Shown here one piece after another: positions 40,632 through 50,364 of a stretch of DNA of 64,000 nucleotides; the first letter of the stretch is position 1, and each line of letters opens with the position of its first letter. The stretch is from the NCBI RefSeq assembly GCF_002105155.1, contig NW_019028982.1, forward strand, positions 558,001 through 622,000, written 5' to 3'. The notes under the pieces were generated by a model that ran no database searches, was not told the DNA's origin, and saw only the letters and a program-made list of their open reading frames with translations. The stretch comes from Lobosporangium transversale. Lineage: Eukaryota. The position numbers and the translations under genes are program-made.

Positions 40632-41081
40632 TGCTTCCGCCTTTCCCGCTCCACAAGATAACCCCCGCGTAGCATGATTCAGGAGCCGAAGCTCTATTCG
40701 TATTCAACTAAAAATCGGAAAAGGCGGTAATTGTCGCGTTCTAGCACGGATCCTGACTTAGAGGCGTTCAGCCATAATCCAACGGATGATAGCTTCGGGC
40801 CATTGCCTGTTCAGGCAGGTCCAAATACCAAATATCCGAATGAACGGTTCCTCTCGTACTAAGTTCAATTACTATTGCAACAACATTTCATCAGCAGGGT
40901 AAAACTAACCTGTCTCACGCGAAGACTTTGATGAGTTTTGAGAGAAGTAGTAGGGCGATTATGGGCTTTTTATACAATTTCTTGCCCAACGAAGAACGAC
41001 GGTCTAAACCCAGCTCACGTTCCCTATTAGTGGGTGAACAATCCAACGCTTACTGAATTCTGCTTCAGTATGATAGGAAGA
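40632..41081 (-). rRNA. Orphan fragment of nuclear LSU (25S/28S) rRNA, 3' region incl. sarcin-ricin loop; rDNA pseudogene with a 76-bp insertion
   Basis: The minus strand reads tcttcctatcat...gggaacgtgagctgggtttagaccgtcgt[insert]cgtgagacaggttagttttaccct...gaacttagtacgagaggaacc...ggattatggctgaacgcctctaagtcag, which are conserved LSU sequences. No other rDNA flanks it. Confidence 0.93.
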
Positions 41082-41587
41082 AAAAAAAAAAAAATTAAAA
41101 TATAAAATAAATATGGAGCCTATTTGCAAAGGAAAAAAAATATAATGTTATGTGTATACAATACATGACCTTGAGGAAGTGGTTAGAGGGCCACCGCCAC
41201 ACCTTTATTCAGTTCACAAAGAAAAAAACTTGAAACCTTCGTTTTTAGGCTAAATCGGCTGTTAAGTTGTAAATGACTTTAACACCCCTTTTTACGCCTA
41301 CGCCTCCTTTTGCACCTACACATCCTTTTAAATCCACACGTCTTTTTCCATCCCATTGCAAAATGGTCTGTTCTTTGTAGATCTGAATCTGTTTCTGAGC
41401 TTTGTGATCCTTATAAATGTTTACTTTTTACTTTGGATACATGTCAATATGAGCTCGCATTATATTTGTTTGTAAAAATAAGACACTTGTAGCTTGTTTC
41501 TGTTCAGGATGTAGAGGCTATTTGCAATATTGATGTATACCAACACAAGTTCTAGGCACACTTGTGTTGAAAATATAAAAGGCGGGA

Positions 41588-41620
<33 letters not shown>

Positions 41621-42078
41621 TCGGTGGAAACTTAAGTGTAAAGTAAAGGTGCTAAAAAACGACCATGTAACAATCCTCTATCGTTCTCCTTTATTCTTAG
41701 AACCAAGACGAGTGCTAACAATCTGATTATAACAGTTTTAAGGAAAGCAATCATGCAGAAAGGCTGACAAAAAAAGAAAAAAAAACTGATATTGTTACAC
41801 GCAAGCAGAAAAAGATTTTTTGACCACTGCTCAGTGAGTGTCCTTCTGAAAAAAGATCCATGCAGGGTCGAAAATAAGGTTAATCGTTACACCAAATTTA
41901 GAAAAAAAAAACCATGTGAGAACAAGGTCTGCCAAAATAAGTACACTTCTTCCAAATTAAGCAGGTGATACGGCTGCATGACAAAAAGAACTAAGGCATT
42001 TAAAAGGCCTTATCAATAGTCATGCAACATGAGCATAGGCAACATAGAAAAGTAGTGATAGTTTATTTATTATAATTA

Positions 42079-42865
42079 TTATGATCGTTTTAATGCAAGC
42101 CTTTTGGAGCGGCGAATGTTTTTTACATTATCATTCTGAATCTCATTGTCACAATCCATCTGGCCAGAGAACTTTCTTTTACGATTTATAGGAGGATAGT
42201 CTTTCTCGAGCCTTTCGACCAAGGGAATGAGTTGTTCAAGTTTTTTCAACCCTTTTTCGAGCCTCACCAATTGTCTTTCAAACTTGATATTGTTGGATGA
42301 TCCATTATCTAAAAAAGAATGAAACAAAAACCAAGCATACCAGGCAGGAAAACCATAAAGTTAAAACTGGGAATAATAAATGTCATAAGAAAAGAATGGC
42401 AAAAGATCATACCAAGATGCGTGGAGATGATGACATGAATACGTGCGGCTTTCTGCTTTGAACCAAATATATTGCCAAGTAGATGATACGGAAAGATTGG
42501 CGATTTGTGTTCGATTGTATCAAGCTTAACAGGTGAGTCAAACGAATGACATTTCAAATCAACTTTCCAAAGTGAAATAAAGCTTGCGGGCGCATTCCTC
42601 AGTTTTGATGATCAATGATTGTTCTTCACGTCGTCCTGATCAGCCGATTGTTTCCAGGTGGGTTTGGCTGTTGTCAATATTGAATTCTTTAGATCGCATA
42701 CTGTAAAAGCTGAACTTATCTAACAAGGAAGAGGGATGAAAGAGGCTCCCCGTCAAGAAGGCAAAACACATGAAAAAGTTTCGCTTTCTCCGGGGAGGCA
42801 ATTTTAGAAGTGTGGACTTCTTTAGAGTTGGAAGAAGGATTGTTTTTACTTAGAGAGGAGCTCAT
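42079..42865 (-). pseudogene. Crinkler (CRN) N-terminal domain pseudogene followed by a short coiled-coil/NLS exon
   Basis: ATG 42865 'MSSS...LFHVFCLLDGEPLSSLFLV' / frameshift / 'ISSAFTVCDLKNSIL...*..ASFISLWKVDL...IFGS..RIHVII'; intron; then 'KFERQLVRLEKGLKKLEQL..RKRK..RRSKRL'. FCL.DGE, TV.DLK, LWKV and IHVI are CRN-N hallmarks. Confidence 0.7.
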
Positions 42866-43799
42866 AGTGCAGATGTGTTAAGAAAAAAGTGAGGAAAATT
42901 GACAAAGAAGAATGCAGGAACATGTCAGTCTATAAATACTTAATGGCCGATAAATAGGATCAATAGAATGACATAAAAAAGTGTCATGAATGGTAAAAGT
43001 ATATTTTGTTCTATTCTGAGTAATAAAAAAAATAAAATAAAATATATAATTGTAAAATGAAATGACCATTATATCCTGGAAAGAAGGATAAAAACCTACT
43101 CTTTCTGCTAAAGGTTATGATTGCCAAGGGGCCACGAAACACCTCATTGTTTTCCCTGAATAAAATAACAGGAGTATCAGTTGGTCATCTTGCGGAACAT
43201 TGTGTTATTTGAAAGATGAAATTGAGAGAAGGATTGGAAAAGAGGTCAGTGGCGGGGTGTGAGAATGGCATGGTAATGGCAAATCAACTTATTTCCTCGT
43301 TGCTTGGAAATACTGCGCTCTGGTGGCTTGTATTTGATGACTGAACGAGGTTGCTCTCTCTCTCTCTCTCTCTTTCTCTTTCTCTTTCTCTCTCTTTCCT
43401 TTCCCCACACACCCACTTTCTCCTCTCACTCAAACCCCATCACTTCATTCCTGGCTGCTCTCTCATATTCTCTTGCAAATTCTCCCACAAAATCGAGTGT
43501 TGAGTGATTGAAAGTAATATGTAATAGATCCAACATCAAACACCAGCGCTTTCTATATAACGCACATCACAACACCCCATGCCGCTTTAATTTCGGCATC
43601 TTGTCAAAACCACTCCAGCTAATGACGTGTTTCCTGACGAGTTCTTTGAATTTCACAGTGCTCTACACTCACTATGCTCTTGTGCGCTTGTTGTCATGCT
43701 GATGTCTAACACCCTTCGCATCTATGATGTTTTATCATGGAAGCGTTTTGTATAAACCACCTCAGCTATTTGAGCAATGTTCAACTTATTTCCATACGT

Positions 43800-44199
43800 T
43801 GGGTCAATGAAGAGGATGAACAACGTTGAACAATCTTGTAGCTCCTGTGCGCTTGTTGACATCGCGTTTATCTACCTACTCTATGTCACCAAAGCATTTA
43901 ATAATGGGAGAGAATGAGAAGGGCCTTCGAACCAAGGATTCTTAGTCAGTTGATGAAATTGCCCGATTTGCCTGATCCCTGTCTTGATGATGCGGCTATT
44001 GTCAAAGCTGTGCGAGTATGTGGAAAACTATGCAACGTTTCATTGTACCGTTGTGATTGATTACTACCCTCCCTTATTCTTACAAGTGGTCAATTTTCAT
44101 TTATTAGTTGCGGATGAACAACAAGCATGAGGAGGCTTCCGAGGCTATCGGAAAGGTAGAGAGAACGATTCGTCTACTGCTTGAGAATCTGTGAGTCTC

Positions 44200-44232
<33 letters not shown>

Positions 44233-44869
44233 ACTCCCCAAGCCATTGTGAATTGCAAGTGCTTATTGCGTGTGTTCATGTTTTTTAATTGCTTTGACAA
44301 AGGTCCGATTCGCTTCCCGACGAGATGGATCGGTCTGTCTCAGAGGTCACCTTTACTGTCAACTATGTGGCTCCGGTCCTGAATAGTATCCTCAGAATCA
44401 ACGGGAGAACTGATGTGCAATAGTAAGTAAAATCCCCGGCAGCTCACTGTTTCGTAATCATAACATTTATTCAAGCCCACTAAAAGTTGATTTTGAACTA
44501 CAGCCCCAATACAGAATCATCAGTGCAGAAACGCCAAGGGCTAAAGCCAGACCGACCTGACATTCTCTTGAAGGTGTTCGGACACGAGATCATGTGCGGC
44601 GAGATCACCGGCCCATGTAGAGCGACCTGTAAAGCCAAAACCAACTGGGACTTATTTCGACTCGCCAGATTTGGGAAATCATATCTCGACAAAGGAAACG
44701 ACGCCGTTCCACTTTTGCGAGTGGTACACGACAGCGGCCTTGCGATGAAGCTCATTTCTCAGGCGCGTGGAGTATATCTCCTCGAGAGGGTCGGTTGGTT
44801 TACCATACCATGCACCATACAGCCGTGCCTGCACTCTTGGCAACTCTACCAGTACTCCTTTCCACGAAG
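43800..44869 (+). pseudogene. PD-(D/E)XK restriction-endonuclease-like protein remnant, multi-exon, interrupted by the Gypsy element
   Basis: 'SEVTFTVNYVAPVLNSIL..QY|PNTESSVQKRQGLKPDRPDILLKVFGHEIMCGEITGP...WDLFRLARFGK', with GT-AG introns and a frameshift near 44820. The last donor AAG|gtacga (~44870) is followed 25 bp later by the LTR-like sequence. Confidence 0.6.
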
Positions 44870-44894
44870 GTACGAGATTTCGTGGATTGGTTAA

Positions 44895-45012
44895 TGTTAC
44901 GTACCGAGGTTTGGGAGTGCACCTCAGGCGCACTTCCATTTTTATTCATAAGGTCAGAGTATTACGTGACGGTCATAGAGAGTCCTTAATAAAAGGCTCT
45001 CGTTTGACAACA
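44895..45012 (+). repeat. Candidate short 5' LTR (118 bp, TGTT...AACA) of the Ty3/Gypsy element
   Basis: Starts TGTTAC and ends GACAACA; contains AATAAA and an internal hairpin (gggagtgcacc-tca-ggcgcacttcc); lies ~100 bp before the gag ATG. No second copy was found. Confidence 0.55.
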
Positions 45013-48000
45013 ATAATAAAAACAACTTTTGATCTCCTTGAGGTCCTACACGGAGTTGTAAAAACAAATATCCGAACATCCATTGTACATCCATCGCCAT
45101 CAACAAGAAATGAATCCGTCCAACTTTCCAGACACTGACTCGTCCTCAGTGGAGCAATCCGTTGTCACCCAGGACAGCCACTCCCAGAAGCAGGATTTGG
45201 ACAACTCTTCAGGATCCAATGCTCACTTGGAGGGAACACAAAGTCCACGACGGTCGGTTCAGCATAACGCAGATCAAACTGTCGCTGATAAAAATGCTAA
45301 TTTGCAGGACAGAGTACAGGAGTTGATCAGGCTCATGGCCATGATCGACATACAAGAGCAGGACTGTGATAAAACGTCAGAGGATGTAGTCATGGAATCA
45401 GACCAGGACGATCCGTTCCACTAGTGGAAGGGATCAAATGCATGAAGCATGATCTGGTCCTTTTGGACGGTGGTTCTAGACCAACAGAGTCACTTGAATC
45501 ACCAGCGCTGTCAAGGCCGCGTGGACAAGAGTTCCACGTTAAATGGAATAGTTCCGATAACAAGGAATATTTCCTAATTTACCAGACCTTCAAGTTGGAG
45601 TATATTCCACTTGACCCTAAATCCAAGGAGGTCGATTACAGCCAAATTAACGGCTCGAAGTTCAAGGATTATCCAGTCCTTGAATTAGACCTGTCAAGGA
45701 CCGTGCGAGACGATATAATGAAGGAATTGGCAAGGAAAGTCAGGTACTTCCTTAAAACCTTTCAATCTTTTTACCAGCGGAGCTTGCCAGGGATTCTGTT
45801 CGACAAGATGGCTTGGATATATATGTCTTTGTCTTTAAGCAAAATGGACAGGGCAACGTTGGATTACGAGGAGCGTATCCAAAAGTTTCCTCAATCTGAG
45901 AGGACCTGGGATCGTGTCAAGGATTGTGTCTACAGGGCTCTAGAGTTTGACAAAACCGAACTCGATCTCGTAAACGAGTTATTAGAGGTACGTCTCAAGG
46001 ATGGTGAAACTATCCCTGATTTTGCAGTACGAGTTCTACCATTGATTGAATCACTGGATTTGTCGGATGATATGTGTACCCTGATTGCAGGTCGCATAGC
46101 ATATTGCTTGTCAAATGTTGACTATCAAGCCATCAAATCTAAATACAAGTCCTTCCGGAACGTGGGTTCCATCAAGAAGTATCTGGAGTACCTCCAGTCG
46201 GTCCCAGGCGCGTGGCCAGGCACAAAAACCAACCACAGCCTGAGAATAATCAAGAGGTTCTGTGGCAAACCTGCAGCCGACAAGATGCTTCAACTTGGCA
46301 AGATGGAACAAGTCGAGAGACGAAGTTCCAAATATAAGCGTGGTCATGTACAGTACATGACTCGAGGGGCGACGATGACAGCAGCAAGAAGCAAAAGCTG
46401 TCATTCAGGCCATGTACCTACACCAAGCGCTGTGAAGAGATGCAGAAAAAGCATGATCCTCGCCAATGCTGGTATAAAAAGATGGACGAAAAGAAGAACG
46501 TCTCGAAGAGCCAGCCCAATACAGGCAATGGCAACTTCAAGGGCAGGAGTGAGGGGAATAGCTTCAACAAAATAGTTGGTGCTTTCTCTCGCATTACAGA
46601 TGACGTCCATTTAGCTGGTGCTGGTGATAATAAAGAGAGCATGTTCTTTTCACAGTATTCTTTAATTCCCAAACTTAATAGTAATGATGTGTATGCATTC
46701 AAAGGACCTGCAAAGGGTGACAATCGCATAGCTGTTCCTATTTATATCATGGGACAGCTATGTACAGCCCTGCTAGACCCGGGTGCTACTATATCTCTTA
46801 TCGCATTAGAGGTAGCAGACGATCTCAATATCAGATGTGGTAAATTGTCTAACTCCAAGATCGCCATGATCAGGAAGGGTATGGATACTGCAAGTGTCAT
46901 TACGTGTGACAAGGTGCAGTTATCATGCAATGGCAGATCAATTGAGAGTCAGTTATATGTCATGGATATAGAGTACTACGATTTTATCATTGGCATGGAT
47001 CTTTTTAGCCGATTTGGTTTTGCTGTTACGGGAATAGCTCAACCACAAGCGATCACAGAGGATTTTCCTTGGGTTCCAAGTGATGAGAAACCCACTGTGA
47101 TCCCCAAAGCACTTAACAGTGAGACAACACAAGAATTCTTAGATAACAAACAAAAATTCATAGACGCTATTGAGCCATGTCTCCAAGCAAATGCCAATGT
47201 GGACCCAAGCTCATACTGTACGCTTGAGTCCATGAAGGTAGTCCTCAAAGTGAAATCTGACTGTGTTATCCAAGAAAGATCTAGACCATTTCATGCGCAA
47301 ATCGAAAAAGATGAGGTCGATAAAACAATGCAGAAATGGTGGGATACAGAAGTTATTGTACTTGCTCCAAAGGGTAACCCATACAATAGTTCTCTAACGA
47401 TGGCAGCTAGAAGGGATCTAGAAGGCAATATTGTGAAGTATAGAGTATGTCTTGATCCAAGAACGCTGAATAGGCAACTATTAGATACTGACAATTTCCC
47501 TCTACCTTTAGTCATTGAGGTTCAACGAAAGGTAGCCGGTCATAAATTCTTTTCTGCCATTGATCTTTCCCAAGCGTATCATCGTATGCCTGTAGCTAAG
47601 CAGAGTCAGCCACTCACAGCTTTTACTTACAATGGTAAGCAATACATGTTCGCAAGAGCCCCTTTCGGGCTTAAGCCTCTCACCAGTATCTTCCAAGGAG
47701 GAATGTCTCATTTACTAGGTGATTTTCACTATTGTGGAGTCTATGTAGATGATATTATTATTTTCTCACATACAGTAGATGAGCATCTTCTACATGTCAA
47801 GGTCGTCTTAAATAGGCTGACTGAAGCAAAGCTCATCATCAATCGAGAAAAGAGTAAATTCCTGGGTACAGAAGTGGTGTTGTTGGGTTTTGTCGTCAAT
47901 GAACATGGTAGAAGTGTCAACATGGAAAAAATAGCCAATGTGCAATCATGGGCATACCCTACAAACAAAAAGATGATCCAACGATATCTTGGTCTCTTCA

Positions 48001-49505
48001 ATTATTTCAGAGAGTACATTCCTCTCTATAGCTCTGTCACCGCTCCTCTTGATCAGCTACGTAATGCAAGAGGTACATTCGAGCTAAATGATTTACAGAG
48101 AAGAATAGGAAATCTCATCGTCTCAGTACCAGTATTGTCATTTCCTGATTTTGAGGCACCATTCTATGTTGCAACACATGCCTCCAATGTGGGCATTGGT
48201 GCAGTTCTCTATAATTACCGATGGGCAGGGACAACCCATTCTAAAATCAACTACATTTCATTTCAGGCAAGAGCGTTGCACAAGTCGGAGAAGAATTACC
48301 CCGCATACAAAAAGGAGCTTCTAGGCATAGTGTTCGCCTAAATGAAGTTTCATCAGTATATTTGGGGCAGAAGATTCACCCTCTATACAGATCACAGGCC
48401 TTTGACGTATATTCATGAACAAAAAGAGCTGCCCCAGATATTAACAAATTGGAAAGAAACTCTGTTCAATTATGATTTTGAGTGCGTATATCGACCTGGC
48501 CTATTAAATGTGATCCCTGATGCCCTGTCGCGTGCATTCCCTGAGGAACCATGGCAAAATCAATCTGAATTAATTACTTTTGGTGGTAGTAATCTTCCTT
48601 CGATTGCAGCGGCCAGAAGACATGATCTAAGTGATGTCGTAGCAGAGATATCCCAATCCCAGTCTGGCCCAGAGCCTTCCTATATTCATGTTATTCAAAA
48701 TGAGGATACTCCCATGCACACCATCTTAGATGCTGAAGAACGCAAGGCATGTCTTCAAAAAGTACATGAATTTGGCCATCTAGGAGGAAATGCAATGGTC
48801 AAAGCAATTCATGAGCAAGGGGCCACTTGGCCCAAACTTAGAGACGATTGTCTTAGATGGGTCAGTCAGTGCAGAAAATGCCAGCATTTTAATATTGTAC
48901 GCAAAGGGTATCATCCGCTGAAAGCCATTCATGCGAATCTACCAGGGGAACACATTGCCATTGATTTGGCATCTTTTAAAAACCAGCACGAAGGGCAACA
49001 ATTTCGCGTTAGTGTTAGTAGACGTTTGTACAGGATTCGTCATACTAGAGGCATTACTGAATAAAGAGCCCAGTACTGTTGCTGCACGATTGTTCTCATT
49101 ATTCTGCATGATTGGGTTCCCCAAGATCATCCAAAGCGATAATGGCACTGAATTCGTCAATGGGCTTTCCAAACTCATGAATGAAAAGTTAAAGATAGAT
49201 CACAGACTATCTACTTCATATCATCCTAGATCGAATGGTGTAGCAGAAAGGTTTGTTCGAGCTCTCAAGGATGACATCCAGAAGCAGCTTGAAGGTCATG
49301 AGGAAGAATGGGACAAATATTTACCCATGACTCAACTTCAATTGAATGTCAAAGCCGTCAGCCTACATGGCTCTACACCATTCTCATTATTCTATGGCAG
49401 ATCCTTTGCGGGTCTAACGGACTTTTCGTCCGCTGAGTCCCATCCTTTATCTGACGAGGAGCTTAATGAAAGACTGGATTATTTACCCAATTTGGTTTAT
49501 CCAGG
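44895..49505 (+). mobile_element. Degenerate, 3'-truncated Ty3/Gypsy LTR retrotransposon (gag-PR-RT-RH-INT)
   Basis: Gag from ATG 45110 with stop/frameshifts and a CCHC-like 'CTYTKRC..H....C'; protease 'LLDPGAT'; RT 'YRVCLDPR', 'IDLSQAYH', 'PFGL', 'YVDD'; RNase H 'THAS' (catalytic D replaced by H) and 'YTDHRPL'; integrase HHCC, 'IAIDL', 'SDNGTEF', 'NGVAER'. Several frameshifts; order RT-RH-INT. Confidence 0.93.
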
Positions 49506-50300
49506 TGATAATCTTACATACATACGGCAAGTCTGCCAAAGTTAAGGCTCGAAGAGGTTGCGGGGCTTGGTTCTCGATTATTACGTTGTCATCCTCTGTT
49601 GTGTGCCGAAGAGAGTTACTCCAGTACATGTTGATGAAGTCAATCTACTACTCAGATAATGTATAACATTAGTTTTTTTTTTTTTTTTTAAAAAAAATGT
49701 ATTTTTTTTTTAAGGGTGCTTACCATCTCCAGGGTGTTCTCTGTCAGTAGTCTATGGCTTGCACACGCTACAGGGATGTTGTTTTTCATCGTTGATGTGC
49801 GAACGTACTGCAGACAAGGCCATTTAGTCGCATCCAAATCCAAAGCCGAGCCTGCTTTCATCTTTATTGTGATTGCATCCTCAAAGTAGAGAACACGGCA
49901 GCAAACACAACAGCAAACACAACAAAAAAATCAGGGCTTCGCTGGGCGAGTTCTCGACATTGCCTCAAATTATGTTTGACGATGACAGGTATATGACGGC
50001 CTTCAGGCATAGTATCCCTAAGGAATGGGGCCTCATCATCCAGCTGCTTTTGAAGCAAACGCTGCTCCTCTGGCCCATCGTATGCCTGTACGTCTGCTGC
50101 AGCATCCACACTAAGCAAGGATTTCGGTAGAAAAATAGAGTACAATCAGCGGTTTGTACAAAGAAAATAAGCACCACATCTCTACTTGCAGGTTGAACAA
50201 TAAAAATCACAGGAGTAACATACATGTTTTCTTCCCACTGTTCATACTCATCCATGTCGTCTAAATTGAAGTCAACCTCTTCGTCGTATAAACTATCTCA
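49505..50300 (-). pseudogene. Decayed intron-containing gene remnant of unknown family abutting the Gypsy truncation point
   Basis: Minus-strand coding-like frames ('DEEVDFNLDDMDEYEQWEEN', 'KSLLSVDAAADVQAYDGPEEQRLLQKQLDDEAPFL'), donors gtatgt/gtaagc, and stops. Confidence 0.35.
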
Positions 50301-50364
50301 TAAAAAGTGGAATTGAGAAGTGTTTGAAAAAAAAATAAAAAATAAAAAAAATAAGCTCGTTGCT

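Noticed and set aside
40920..40995. rDNA insert as a group I or spliceosomal intron
   Set aside because: Too short for a group I core, lacks GT-AG ends in rRNA sense, and has a flanking 3-bp duplication.
49541..49545. GTTAA as the right TSD of the Gypsy element (GTTAA precedes the candidate LTR)
   Set aside because: No 3' LTR or terminal CA precedes it; likely chance.
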